Shown here one piece after another: positions 35,838-50,580 of a stretch of DNA of 64,000 bases (within the stretch, counting starts at the first letter, position 1; every line of letters begins with the position of its first letter). The notes below the pieces were generated by a model, which made no database searches, had not been told where the DNA came from, and saw only the letters and a list, made by a program, of their open reading frames with translations. The stretch comes from Geosiphon pyriformis uo1. Lineage: Eukaryota > Fungi > Glomeromycota. The position numbers and the translations under genes were made by a program. The DNA is taken from positions 88,921 through 152,920 of the forward strand of contig JAAOMT010000678.1 of NCBI GenBank assembly GCA_016748015.1. Direction: 5' to 3'.

Positions 35838-36319
35838 ATTAATAACTAAAACCTCTTAAATAATGATTTTGAAGTATCTCCGAATCTTTTAAGACTTTAA
35901 AGCAATTTATCAATTATTTGATATCGTGGGAATTTTTCTTATTACAAATACTGTAATTTGTATCAACGACAAATAAATTATCCCTTTTTCCTCTGTGGTT
36001 GTTTGTTTGTTTGTTTATTTATCCAATTTTCCTTGATATAACTATATTTTCGAGACTTAAAATAAAATTGGTGAGATAAAATAAATAAATGATATTAGAA
36101 TTGAGAAACATGTCAAAGGCCTAAAGTGATATTATATTATTAATACTATATAAATTATTTTAGGGAATTGCTCCCCCATCATGTGATATAATTTTACGTC
36201 ATAGTTTCGTATTCAACTATATATAGGAACAACATATTAACGAGTTTATAATCAAAGAGCTCTAGGAATAAACTTAAAAAGTTTTCTTTTGATTTTACAA
36301 GTAATTACATCTTTTTATA

Positions 36320-37070
36320 AAATTACAGATTATATTTACCACCTCCAGAAACATCATATAGCTCTTGTGAGATGATGATAACACCTTTACATACTCCCAA
36401 GGATATGTAGTTACAAAAAGACGCTCTGCTGCTAATGGTACTCATATTATAATCAAATGTAATCAGGGAAATGAATATAATGCTTCTAAAAGACTTGTAT
36501 TAGAAGATCGACAACGAAAAACAGCAACTCGATTAACAAACTGCCCTTTTACTGTATATGGACGATTACTCAAAGCTGATGAACGCTGGCATTTAACAGT
36601 TCGCAATGCTGAACATAATCATGAGCCATCTGATAATATTGCTGGACATCCTACTGCTCGACGACATAAATCCAAACAGAAAGTATTAGTTTCACAAATG
36701 TTAAATACAGGCATTGCACCAAAGGCAATTTTGACAGCATTACGACAGGAAGATCTTGAGCAACATGCAATTTCAAAGACTATTTATAATGAACAGGCAC
36801 ATCTTCGAAAAATAGACTCAATTAATTCAGATTTCAACTAAATCTCTTGCAATTGAGAATCCTTTTAATCAACGAACTCGAGGACGTCCTTTAAGTGCTT
36901 TAAATCGCTCTAAACAAAATATTGCTCATCAAGAATCATCTATTCAATGAAATTTATCCCAATTTGAAATTGTTGAAAATGTTTCTTCTCAAATTCAAGT
37001 ACGTAAATGTAAAATTTCTAAGAAACAAGGCCATAATATTCGGACTTGTCCACAACGAAGTGTTTTTTAA
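36320..37070 (+). pseudogene. Internally deleted Mutator-like (MULE/FAR1) transposase remnant
   Basis: Open stretch at 36380-36841 reads QGYVV..IKC..TRLTNCPF..WHL...HNH (FAR1/WRKY-GCM1-type Zn domain) through KTIYN. It then jumps to C-terminal motifs TRGRP, SQFE and RKCKISKKQGHNIRTC. No DDE core. Missed by the ORF track. Confidence 0.85.
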
Positions 37071-39099
37071 TTATAAAACACTATAAATTACTTAAGGCAT
37101 AATAAAAAATTGAATATATAATCTATATTCAATTTTATATAAGAAAAAGCTATTTTTTATTTTAATTAAACTAATATTTATTAGAATTACTAATAAATAA
37201 ATATTAAAATTATATATATATTAATATCACGTATTGCGGATGGGTCGTTGGTACTAGATTTTGAAAGCAAGCTTACCTAATATGAATCGTTCTAGATTTG
37301 TCTTTGAAAAATATTCTTTAAATGATTAAAAAAATCATATGTATATATTTCATACTTGAAAACTTTTTAATTTAAAATTTCAAAGAAGCTATATATTAGT
37401 CTTGTTTGGTAGCTTATTGAGCACATACAATTCATAAATTGATCAATATTTATATTCAAATTGTAAAAACAGGCACACAATTTAAATGTCTACAAAATTC
37501 ATTAAGGTATTTTGAATGCTATTTAAATTTTAAAAAGATGTTCACACAACAAAAATTATATTAGTTATCGGTTACATTTACTTGAAATCTCAAGCCATTT
37601 AATAAATAATTTTTATCAAAAATTGTTAGCATAACGTAGAGTGTTAGTTTAAAATTAGTGGTAAAAAAATTTACTGTAAATTTAAATATTTTTGAACCCA
37701 ATTTCCCTCAATGTTATAAACCCAATTGATTGTAATTTAGAGTAATTCCTAAATTAGATTTAGCCAGAAAATGAGACAACAAACAAACGAACATTTAAAG
37801 TGCCTTCTAGTTTTTTTATAAATAATATTTTGATATATTCTAATATAAATTCTCTTGCCAAAATATATTAATTATTTGTTTCCCAAAATATAGAAAACTC
37901 CGATCTTTTTTTTTATTAAATCTCTTTAACTGCTAATGATTAAATACAAATCCAATACACGATTCTAATTAACAAGTACTGATTTTAATTCTTTCACGAA
38001 TTATTTGAAAATTTTTTTTTCGAAATGCCCAGCTGAATTGATACCCCTTTTATGAGTTTTTTTTCTCCTCCCTAGCATTAAATAAATGGTCTTTATAAAA
38101 AAAAGATTTGCTTTCTGATTTTTGTCACATTTGTGATTATTTTCTCGCAAATTATTTATTTGAAGGAAAAGTGCCAAATGAAATGGCCAGTCTTAAAATC
38201 AAAAACTTATCAATTAAATGAAAATGAGCTTGAATTCAATGATTTCGCATCTATACCTATATAATATCAAAGTACTTTCCCCCACAGCAAGTGATTTTGA
38301 CCATGGAAAATTGTACGATTAAGTCTGGCAGGACTCCCAACCAAACATTGATTCTAAATTTACAACAAATCCATTGAAAAGTTGACGAAAAGATAAATAT
38401 AAAAAAATTGTTGTTGTGACGTTTGCCGGGTTAGAGTTTAAGTTAAAAGATTACCTAATAAAAGGCCCCCTTATTGTAGACACAAGTAGGGTCTATAATA
38501 TTAATTGGATGATGTAATTGTCATGTGATTAAAAAAATGCGATACTAGAACATAAGAAATTTAACTACCCGATTGAAATTGCTGAAGTGAAAGCTAACTA
38601 AATTATTCAAATAAATTCTTTTAATTAAATTAATAACTTAGTTGTATATTATTACAATTTTACAATATTTAATTGAAATTATAGTATTACAAACATATAT
38701 GCATTATAACTGATTTTATTTAAATTTTTATAAAGCATCAAGCTTTATAAATATGTATAATTGTTATTAAAATATAAAAATCAAAATAGAAAATTGTTTA
38801 AATTATTTATCATTAAAATTTACAAATACTGTATTTAATTTTATTGATTTTCATAATTAATAGACTCATTTCATAATAGTTGTCTCCATTGTCTTCTTCT
38901 TTTTAATTATCAATTTCAACAAATTTATTAGTATGACTTAATTCTGCTATGTAAATTTTTTTAATTAGATAATTACTGTGTTAAGTTATATTATTGGATA
39001 AAATCTATACTATTATAAATTACCATTTTTCTAATTAATAATACTGCTAAAATTTTGGCTTAATTCTATTAATTCAACATATCTTTTTTAAATATTGTA

Positions 39100-39510
39100 G
39101 AAAAACTGTAGACTAATATTTAAATTCAAATTTTCCAAACAATTAATATTTGGCTTTTTTAATAATGTGTAGTTATTTTGCAGTAAAAATCAAATCTTTT
39201 GCAAAAAATTTCAATTATAAATTCTTTCAATAATATGTAACTACTTAACTGTAAAAGGCAAAAAATTTCAACTGTAATCTTTTCAAAATGATAAATTTAA
39301 AATGTGTTTTTTTAATATGAAATTTTAAAATTCAAAAATTATTTTACCAAAAATTAATTTTAATTGTGTATTAGTTTCGAGTTTTTGGGTTTATTAAAAT
39401 TTAAAAACCACAATAATTTTTAAAATTAATTAATTTAAGATTAAGAAAGAAAAAAAATAAAATACATTTTTTGAAAAAAAAAACTCTTTTTTTATAAATT
39501 TCAATAAACT
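39100..39510 (-). repeat. Eroded LTR remnant related to the Gypsy LTR
   Basis: 39163-39200 resembles the reverse complement of LTR 6415-6451. 39458-39496 resembles the reverse complement of the LTR TATA region 6081-6120. Order is preserved. Confidence 0.45.
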
Positions 39511-42500
39511 ATTTATTATAATCTATATACTTTTTGTAAATCAATACTAATTTTGCTTAACCAATAACAACCAATTAATAACTAATTAAAAAGATTTAAT
39601 AAATAAATAAATAAATTATTTAATAATCCTCCAAAAATAAAAACCACGATAATATATTGTTTATAATTTAATTTAAAAAAAATTAGGCTTTTTTGAAATT
39701 AAAATTAAATTTTTTATTTAACAGTAATTTTAAATATTTATTAAATATTTTACTTATATTTTCTGGTTTTTTACTGATATATTATTATAAAACTTTATAC
39801 TTTAAAACAAGATCAAAATATTTTAGCACTGCTGTATTAAGCTTTATTAAAATTTAAAGAAGTTTTATTATTTTTTAAATAATGTTTAGTCATCAGAAAT
39901 AGTGGTAAATCAATGATAATATTATAATAAATTCTTAAAAACTTAATATAAAACCAGTTTGTATGTTTTTTTAAATAAGTAAGAAGAGTTAAATAATTAT
40001 TAAAAATTAAAAAAAATAATTTAATTTAATTTTTTAAACTGCTATTTCATAAAATTTATTAATATAACCAAAATAATAGAAAAGTTAGTAACATAAAAAA
40101 ACATTTATTAGTGTAAATAAAAAAACAAACCATTTATTTAATAATATATAAATTTTTTTGGTAAAATTATTAATTAAAAATGTGTCACAAAAAATTTGGC
40201 ATTATAATATGAAAATATTTTTGATTAGCAGTTTTATAAAAAAAATTTACATATGTGTCTTTGTTTTAGTTTTGTTTATTTTGCTATATTAATAACTATT
40301 TTTTCTTATATCAACTATGAAAAACAAAAAAATTCTACAATTTTGGTTATATTAATAAGTCTTATAAGATAACAGTTTGGAAAATTATTTTATTCTATTT
40401 TTTCTAACTTTTAATATTTGTTTAGCTCTTATTACTTATTTAAAAAAACATTTAAAATGGTTTTATACCAAATTTTTTTTAAATATATTTAAATAGAAAT
40501 TTGAATCTCTTTTGACAAAATTAACACAGGTTTTAATTATAAACATATAGATAATTTTTATTAATTTTTTTGTTTTTTATGATTTGGATAAAAAACAAAA
40601 AATAAGAGATAAAATATAAATTAATTATTATTAAAAAAGTTTTTTAAAGCTTTATTTGATAATATATTAGAAATTTTTTTTAACAAATTTGTATTTGTAT
40701 CACTACTAATATAGTTAATACACTAAAATAAGCAGAGCTTAATGTTTTAATATATTAATTCTGAAAATACTTATGTAAAAGCAAAGTATTATTTCTTTTA
40801 TACCAGACAAATTTTTATTTATATATAATATTAATATTAATTTATTTAAATAAGTGGTTATTAATTTCTAATGTAAAAAAATATTTTGTATGGAAACAGA
40901 AAAAAACTATTTTTATTAAGTGAAAAGTTTAAAAACCAAAATATTTTTTCTTTAAATATTAATACTATATTAATTTTAAATTTAATTAATCTTATTACTT
41001 TTGTAGGTATTATTCTTATCAAATATATTATTATTCTAATTTGTTAATAAAATGTTGATTTCTTTGTTTGCTTTATTTTTATGCTTAAAATTAATAAGAA
41101 AATATTTATATCTTTTAGAATTATTCAAATTATAAACAATATTTAATAAATAAATATTATAATAAACATAACTGTATTAATAAGATTTCTTTAGTTTAAT
41201 AAGCAAATTACATATTATTAATTTATATTGTTTGCTTGTCTTTTGATAAGCATTTAAAATCATATGTCTTTAGTTTAATTATATATTTTTTTGATCAACT
41301 TGTTTCAAAAATTGGTTTTCCTAAAACCTAAATAAATTTACAATGGCTTTTAACAAGCTTATATATATGTTTTAATATATTAACATAGTAGTTAAAGTCA
41401 TAGAATCTAATATTCAAAACAACTTTTTTGACATATTTTTAAAAAAAAGTTATTATAAAATTTCCAAGTTTTAGTAGGTTACTAAAAAAAATTACTTTAG
41501 CAAAAAAAACATTTTTTGAAATTATAGTTTTAAGAATATAAACAATATTAATGCTTATTTTGACAATTGTATATTGAGTATAAAAATTATTCAGATAAAA
41601 TTATGTGAACAATAAAACTAATGTCTTGCTAAAACTATCAATTACATAAAAACACATAATGTTTTTTATAATAGTATAATAAATTAAAAAGGTAATACTA
41701 CTAAAATATAATAAATTAAGCTTGCTAAAATTGGCTATAAGTTTTTTTTGGTAGTTTTAAGATTGTTTTGTGCAGCTTTTTTTTTATTTTTTATTACTAG
41801 TATATTTTTAACATATTCAAGAAAATCAGATTTATTTTATATTATTACTAAAATACTTTTTGAATTTTTTAGAAAAAAAAATGTAAAATTATTGTTAAAC
41901 ATAGAAGCAAAAACTAAAAAATACTAAAAACAGCACACAAAATAAAAACATATTTTTTAATTTTGTTACAAAAAAATTCGATTTGAAAATCAGAATTACT
42001 GCAAAATAAATTTAAAAAATATATAATTAATATATTTATAAATTTAACCAGCTCTATTTCGAATTTAATTTTGGTAAATTTTATTTTAAAAAAGGCAATC
42101 ATAATCACAAATGCTAATTTATTTGTTTTATCTATTTTATTATAATAAAGACAGTTATTAAGTTCTTAAAACTAGTATTTGTTAAAATAAAATAAAAACA
42201 GCTATTATGAAAATTAAGATTATATTTTTCTTAAATCTAAATATAAACATACAAAAAACTTTACAAAAAAAAATATATTAAGAAAATTTAACAATTAACC
42301 AGCATAAATTAGCAAAGTATTAAATAATTTAATAAATTTTTTCATAAAAACTTAATCTTGTTGGGTTTTATTGTTAAAATTGTTAAAAATTAAGTTTTGA
42401 GTTTTATATATCAATTATAAATTGCAATAATACTATATTTTAGTTATATAAAATAATTGTTACAAAAAATTATAATTAAATTAAATATAATTACAAGTTA

Positions 42501-42614
42501 ATTTACTTGAATCTTAAAAGTATAATATTAAACTTAACAAATACAATACAAAAAAATTCAAATTCAAAAATTAAATTAAAATTTAATCAAATCAAATAAT
42601 ACTAACTATTATCA

Positions 42615-44075
42615 GTTTTTACTAGTTTGCTGTTTAAAAACTAGACAAAACTTGATAGCTTATCTTTATAAATAGAAAATTTATTATTTAAAAGTTAAGT
42701 TTTTTTATTGTATTTCTGTTAATTAATTACTTAAAAATTAAACCAATAAACAAATTATGCTAAAAAAATTATTGTTTAAAAACAAATATAAGATTTTTTT
42801 TTTATACTTTCAAATATTATTTACTATTTAAAAGCTGTATAAACAATATAAGTTTTACTAGTTTGTTGTTTAAAGACTATATAAAACTTAATAATTTATT
42901 TTTATAAATAAAAAATTTATTATCTAAAAATTAAGTAAAGTTTTTTTATTTGTATTTCTGTCAATTAATTATCTAAGAATTAAACCAATAAACAAAATTG
43001 TGTTAAAAAAATTATTGTTTGAAAACAAACATAATATTATTTTTATATTTCTAAATATTATTTATCATCTAAAAACTATATAAACAATGTAAATTTTACT
43101 AGTTTGCTATTTAAAAATTATACAAAATTTGGTAATTTACTTTTACAAATAGAAAGTTTACTAATTAAAAATTAAATAAAATCTTTTTACTTGACTGATT
43201 ACTTAAAAATTAAACCAATAAACAAGATTATATTAAAAATATTACTATTTAAAAACAAGTATAATATCTTTTTTTTATACTTCTAAACATTATTCATTGT
43301 TTGAAAATTGCATAGACAATATAGATAAAAAAAAATCTTTATTAATTTGTTGTCTAAAAACTATATAAAGCTTAATAACTTATTTTTACAAGTAAAAAGT
43401 TTATTATTTAAAAGTTAAATAAAATTTTTTTATTTGTATTTTTGTTAATTGATTATTTGAAAATTAAATCAATAAACAAAATTGTATTAAAAAAATTGCT
43501 GTTTGAAAACAAACATAAAATTTTTTTTATACTTTCAAGTATTATCTACTATTTAAAAACTATATAAACAATATATGTAAAAAAAACTCTACTAATTTGT
43601 TGTTTAAAGATTATACAAAACTTGATGGCTTATTTTATAAGTAAAAAATTTATTACTTAAGAGTTAAATAAGGTTTTTTTTATTTGTATTTTTGTTGATT
43701 AATTATCCAAAAATTAAATCAGTAAACAGAATTATGTTAAAAAAAATTACTGTATAAAAACAAGTATAATATCTTTTTTTTATACTTTCAAATATTATCT
43801 ACTGTCAAAAAACTGTATAATTAATATGAGCTTTACTAGTCTGCTGTCTAAAAACTACACAATACTTGGTGGCTTATTTTTACAAGTAGAAAATTTATTA
43901 CTTAAAAGTTAAGTAAATTTTTTTTACTTGCATTTCTGCCAACTGATTACTTAAGAGTTAAACCAGTAAACAGAATTGTGTTAAAAAGATTACTATTTGA
44001 AAACAAGCATAATATCTTTTTTTTACACTTTCAGATATTATTTACTATCTAAGAATTGTATGGACAATGTAAATA
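42615..44075. repeat. Tandem array of six diverged ~236-250-bp units
   Basis: The unit landmark ACTAGT or a variant occurs at 42621, 42857, 43098, 43341, 43591 and 43835. A motif like 'aattaaaccaataaacaaa' recurs in each unit. Confidence 0.9.
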
Positions 44076-45689
44076 AAAAAAAAAGAGAAAAAAAATAACA
44101 GACCAAATATTTTCTAATTATCAAAGTGACTTATTAAAAATTGACTTTAATAGCATTAAATCTATAAAAATTTGAGATTAGATAAGTAACAAGAGCTAAA
44201 AAATTATTGAGAATTAGAAGAAATAAAATAAAATAATTTTTCAAACTGCTATTCTATAAAACTTACCAACATAACCAAAATAATAGAATCTTTTTTGTCA
44301 CTCTTAGTTGATATAGAAAAAAAACAGTTGTTGGTACAACAAATGAGCAAAACCAAAACAAAACACATGTAAAAATTTGTGTAAAATTGCTGATCAAAAA
44401 TATTTTTACTGCTATTTGACATGTTTGGTGAAAATATTTTATGGTGTATTTTTGATAAATAGTCTTACAAAAAAAATTTATATGTTCATTCAAGTGAGTA
44501 TTTTACTCTTTTATTTGCACCAGCAACTTTTCATTCCACATTTTTTTTATTATTAAGTTTATGCACAATTACTTGTATTCTGCTTAAAACTTAACTAACC
44601 TCTAAAAACTTGTGGCTATTAGTAATTATATTCGGTTAGCTTACATTGATAACAAAAAATTCTCAATATTATAGAACATAAAACATCTTATCATGTTATC
44701 GATCAACATAATGATATTTTTCGTGAACCAAAAGGTGATTATGTACATAGCACTTTGGAAGAGCCTGTTTTCTATTGTTTTTTAAGAAGAAAATATAAAT
44801 TAATTATTGGTGAAAATAATGTGAATTATAAATTGTGAATCTGAAAAATTAAATCAAAAGTCTCATTCAATTAATCAAATTATACAGAACAGCACATTCT
44901 GAAAATTAATTTTTCAATTTTCAATTTTTATTGTTGAATTAAGTACTGTGTATACAAGAAAAGATTTGATTTTTTTGTCATAGTTTTTATTTAAAGTGAA
45001 ATAATATTTTAGTTGTGATAAAAGCTTTAAATTATGAGATTTTTGAATCAACACAGAATTTTAAAATAAAGTCTGATATAAATAATTTTACATTTTAGCA
45101 ATTAATTATTACAATTATGAAAATTCTAAATTTTGAGTATTAAATTATTTAAATTTTTAATATATTCTTTGAAAAATTTATTTTGTTATTGTTTATATTA
45201 AAACATAATTTATTGTTATCTAAAAAAAATTTAAATACTCTGAAAATAATTGTAGAAAAATTAAAAAAAATTTTAAGTAGAAAATTCATAATTATTAAAG
45301 ATGTTTACAGTTTAAAGATCATATTATGTAAATTTTAACAATTTTTTTTATTTCTCTCTGGTATTGTTGAACAAGTTGATAAATTAATTCTATTAAGTTA
45401 TTCACTGTTTAAGAAAGTTGCAAATAATTATATGATTAATTAAATGAATTTTAGAAAAGTAAAAAATTTTCTTAAAAAAGTGATTGATTGATTGATTTTT
45501 GATTTAATTTAAAGAGAGTTTTCAATTAACATATTTAATAATATAATTTGTTTTATAAATTTCAATCGAAAATTTGGCTTTTTATTTTCTTGAAAGTAAA
45601 AAAGAAATTAATGATTGCAATTATTGACAATTTTAAGCCAGATTTCATTAATTATATAACTGTTGTTTTTTAAATAAACAAATTGATTG

Positions 45690-46440
45690 ATTGTGAACTT
45701 TATTCAAAAGCTGCAGAGGCGGGTAATACAATGGCACAAAACAATCTTGGATGGTGCTATCAAAATAGATTAGGAACAAGGAAAAACGAGGGAAAAGCAT
45801 TCGAACTATATTCAAAAGTAGCAGAGGCGGATAATATAATCGCACAAAACTGTCTTGCAAATTGTTATCGAAATGGATTAGGAACAATGAAAAACGAGGG
45901 AAAAGCATTCGAACTATATTCAAAAGCAGCAAAGATGGGACTTTTAAAGGCACAAAACAATCTTGGATGGTGCTATCAAAATAGATTAGGAACAAGGAAA
46001 AACGAGGGAAAAGCATTCGAATTATATTCAAAAGCAGCAAAGATGGGACTTTTAAAGGCACAAAACAATCATGGATGGTGCTATAAAAAAGGATTAGGAA
46101 CAACGAAAAACGAGGAAAAAACATTTGAGCTATATTTAAAAGCAGTCGAGGCGGAAAGTACAGGTGCACAAATCAATCTTGCAGATTTCTATTGACGTGG
46201 ATTAGGAACAACGAAAAACGAGGAAAAAGCATTTGAACTATATTCAAAGGCAGCAGAGATGGGAGTTTTTAACTTGAATCGAAATGGACTTATAAGTGCA
46301 CATAATAATCTTAGAACCTATTATTCAGATTTATGGAGAGCAATGAAAAATTGGGAAAAGCCGAACTCTACTTAAAGCAGCAGAGATGAGAAATTTAAGC
46401 GCACAATACAAATTGGATGGTGATATCAAAATGGATGGGG
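45690..46440 (+). pseudogene. Sel1-like repeat gene fragment (about 6-7 repeats of 108 bp)
   Basis: AQNNLGWCYQNRLGT units. The repeat continues past an in-frame TGA at 46193. It begins mid-repeat with no convincing start codon. Confidence 0.8.
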
Positions 46441-47126
46441 AAATATTAATTTTGAAAATTTTATTAACTCTGCATAAATAATTTATTTTATTATGTAAAA
46501 TATAGTTTCTGATGAATATTTATTTTTGGTTTAGCTAGATTTTTAACTTTTCTAAAATCTTGGTTCAAACTGGTAACATATTGTTTTAAAGTAATTTTTC
46601 TTCTCTAAAATTTAGAGTTTTTAAATGGTTTTTTTTTTGATTAAAAGATTAAAATAAATGGGATAATATAGCATTTATTTTATTGATTCTAGACAACAAA
46701 AATAATTTATTAATATTAAAGTAGAGTCAAAAAAAGACAGATAAAATTGTGTATAGAAAAAACTAGAGCGGAAAAATTCATGGCTTTTAATAATATAATA
46801 CATATATAAAATTAACAATTAGAGTATTTATTTGCATTAAAATCATATAGGTTTGGAAAGGCATTAGCAAAAAATTTCAGCTTTTTTTGTATTAAGTGTT
46901 GAAATAAGTGGTATGTTTTTACTTAAATTGTGTAATTGGTTAACTTCTTTTTTGCCATAATTTTTATAATATTTCCCCATAGGATGGTCGTTGCTTTATA
47001 AGGATTCACGAATCACAATATTATATTTAATGATAAAACGAGTGGCTAGACACATCTAATACATGTCTATTATTGACTATGTACTAAAGGATTGATAGTA
47101 AAAGAACTACATTCAATAAAGCATTA

Positions 47127-47251
47127 AATAATAATAATAATAATAATAATAATAATTATAATAATAATAATAATAATAATTATAATAATAATAATAATAA
47201 TTATAATTATAATAATAATAATAATTATTATTATAATAATTATAATAATAA
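47127..47251. repeat. Imperfect (AAT)n microsatellite
   Basis: Direct reading. Confidence 0.9.
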
Positions 47252-47946
47252 AACATTAATTTCAAATCTCAATTGATAATATTATGTTTTTATTATAATT
47301 TATATATATTAATTAACTATTTTTTGATATACAGTAACTTTGTTAAATTTAATTTTAATTATTATTAGCACATAAATTTTATTAATATTATTATGCATAA
47401 TTCAGTAAAAGATAATTAGATATAAAAATATCAACATAATATATTTTACACTCTTATATCCATAATTATTGCACTTATTTACGAGAAACTGTGCAAATCA
47501 GGTGTAAATTTGAGATAGGAAAAATAAGAATTATTATTATCAGAACATAAATATGAAACTATGATCTGTTCAACAATTTCTCATGAAATCACTTTTGTAT
47601 ATCAGTTTGAATTCATTGTTGACGGATATGGAACTATTAGTAATTGATATAAAAATAACCTAAATCATTCAAAAAACAAAAAGGTAATGATAAAAAAAAT
47701 GGTTATATGTAGCTAAAATGACATTCATGTATTTTGTAAATATTTATTGTTAGAGTCTATGAAAAATTCCCATGGAAAATCAATCCTCAAGTCTAGTCTA
47801 ATATTCCCTTTTTTAATAAATTGGGTGGGATTTCTTTTTATAAAGATTTTAAGGCTAGACCTGATTTACCGAGCGATGCGAGGATGCTAAATAATGGATA
47901 ACTCCCAATTATTAATCAACTAATCAAATAATATTTTATGGTTTAA

Positions 47947-48060
<114 letters not shown>

Positions 48061-48662
48061 TACAGTTAATTTCAAATATAAATTCAAATCAAAAATTTCC
48101 AAAATTAATTTATTAAAAAGATGTGAAAATAAAATCTCTAAATTATATATATATATATATATATATAATGACACAGATATACGAACCTTCTCTTTTTTTA
48201 CTATTTTTTTATCTTTCTTAATTTATTTCTTAATTATTTGTTTGATTGCTTAATAAATTTAAATGAAGTGAGATATTCTGTAGATTATATTCTAAAACAT
48301 ATATTTTTATTTCATATCTGTTGAAACTAGATTAAAAATGTAATCTTCAACGAAAAAATATTTATTTATCTGAAAAAAAAATTAATTCATTAATTCTTTT
48401 TTGATTAAAGGTTCTATTTTCTATATGAATTTAAATCATTTCTCATATTATTTACATCTATAAACAATTGGGTGATGATTTAAGATTTTAAACCAACTTG
48501 ATAAAGCAATCTCAATGAAAATAATAAATAATATCATTTCTATTTTTCGACAGCGTTCAAAGATAATCATTGTCTAACACAGATCGATTATTTAATACAT
48601 ATAACTAACTACTACTTTCGGGAATACATATATAAAAGATTTAATTATTGATCTTTACTCAC

Positions 48663-48665
<3 letters not shown>

Positions 48666-48720
<55 letters not shown>
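48666..48720. repeat. (TTA)n microsatellite
   Basis: Direct reading. Confidence 0.9.
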
Positions 48721-48890
48721 CATCATAATAAATAGTCTAAAATTCTTTATTCACAACCTATTTTATTTTCGTTAATTAAAAACTAATAACATCATATCCA
48801 ATGATCTTACTACTATTTTATATAAATTATTTTATTCTAAGCATCAAATCTCTGTCAATATTTAATCCAAATATAGAAATAAAAATAGAG

Positions 48891-50580
48891 TCACACTATA
48901 ATTTGATCTTGAATTATATCCGAGTTATTCGTAGCAAAAAATTCTCCATCCATATTCTTCTCGCGCCTGTTTTCAGCCGTTCCAAAAAACTTACTTTTGC
49001 CTTTCGTTTTTTTGAACTTATAAAAAAAGAAGCCACATATTGCTAAAATAATTATAACTACAGGTATTAGAACACTTAAAATAATGTAAAGTCTCTTGTT
49101 ATGTGACTTTGATCTAGTAATTATAGCTTTCACTAAAGGAATATTGAGATCATGACCATTAACATTTCCTAAAGAAAAATCTGTTTGGGTAATATTCACG
49201 ATATCATGTTGATTAGTCCAGCTTTGTGTTGTCATATTGAAGATAATCATGTTTGAAAGGGTACCCAACAATGGATCCGATTTTGCTGGAGGAATACCTC
49301 CATATATCTAATTGAATTAATTCCCCACCACCCAAAATATTTAAATATATATATTGATTAAAAATTGAAAATCATCTAAATATAAAAAAAGCAAAACTAA
49401 ATGCGAAACAAAAATCATACCAACACAGCATCAGAATTAGAAAATTGAGCATAACTAGCCCGGTTCCTTAAAGATGTTAGATTACCAGATTGATTTGATG
49501 GTATTTTAGCCTTATCAAATTCCATCCTTGTTAAATCAAAAGGAATCACCGGAATTTGTTTATTTGAATCTTTTTCACCATCATCAGTGACGACTATATA
49601 TAATTTCTCATTTAATGAGCCAACAAAAGCATCACTTATTATTGACGAAAATGTTGACTGAGGAGAAAGCCAGCCATATATTTCATTATAAATGTAAGCT
49701 ATAGAAGTGCCATTTGAATCTGGTGGTGCTTGTCCTCCAAACACAAAAGTATTACTTTTTATATTTGCGATTCCAGGAGTATTTGTAATATAATCCTAAA
49801 TCAAAAATAGAATGCATAATAGTATTTAACAAAGAACGAAATAGTAAGAAAAATTATTTTCCAAAATTTTAAAAAAATTTACCGGATTACTAATTTTATC
49901 CAATTTCCAAATTTCTTTAGAAATATCTAATTTAAGAACCGTGGGATTCATAGTTGGATATATCCAATGAGCAGTCCAAATTAAAAAAACATTTGGTTCT
50001 ATGAGAACAGCTCGAGGACCAGGTATAGAAATTTTTTCAAGTTCTGGTGGAATGGCAGTTCTAATATCAGGTTGATTCCATTCTTTTTTTTTAAAATTGT
50101 ACCATTGTAATGGTTGAATAGGCGAATTTTGATTCACAGTAGACCTCCCACCAAATATAATGAGAAAACCGGCATTTGGCTCAACTACACATGCTCCATC
50201 GCTGATACCAATAGCTCCTTTACTACTTTCTCTTTTCCAGGGAATTGAATCTGTGGTAAATGGTAAACTCGCCGAATAAAAAAGTTCAGTTTGTTGATCT
50301 GGTAAGTGATACCAGTCTTTACTACCACCAAATAAGTAAAGTTTATTTTGATAAGTCACCTAAAGAAATTATTAATTAAATTAAAAATGTTAATAATATA
50401 TCAAATAAAATATTTTAAAAAGAAAGAAAGAAAGAAAGAATGAATGAATGAATGAATGAAATATATTACCATGCAATGAGAATGTCTAGTACCAGGTCCT
50501 TCATCTCCTAGCACTTTTGTAATTAAAATGATTAATTCTATGGTTATGATATAACTCAAGAAAGATATTTGAAGACGCAT
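48891..50580 (-). CDS. Kelch-repeat beta-propeller single-pass membrane protein, ~459 aa, 4 exons
   Basis: Exons 50580-50470, 50359-49883, 49795-49421 and 49307-48891. Signal-like N-terminus, repeated L/F-GG blades, and TM segment LYIILSVLIPVVIIILAICGFFFY followed by a Lys cluster. Confidence 0.9.

Larger units (their letters stand above)
38580..44620. other. AT-rich, CpG-depleted eroded repeat block
   Basis: Sharp compositional boundaries. Contains an LTR-like remnant and a tandem array. Confidence 0.6.

Noticed and set aside
37106-37136. 13-bp hairpin downstream of the MULE remnant, and GTGATATTA/TAATATCAC as candidate TIRs (36126 and 37230)
   Set aside because: Almost all A/T, and no 9-bp TSD supports element ends.
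42615-44075. CRISPR-like array
   Set aside because: Whole ~240-bp units repeat with no unique spacers, and the context is eukaryotic.
45648-46169. 173-aa repetitive minus-strand ORF
   Set aside because: Antisense shadow of the Sel1 repeats. The same applies to 31670-31897, 32146-32361 and the plus-strand ORFs over the LINEs.
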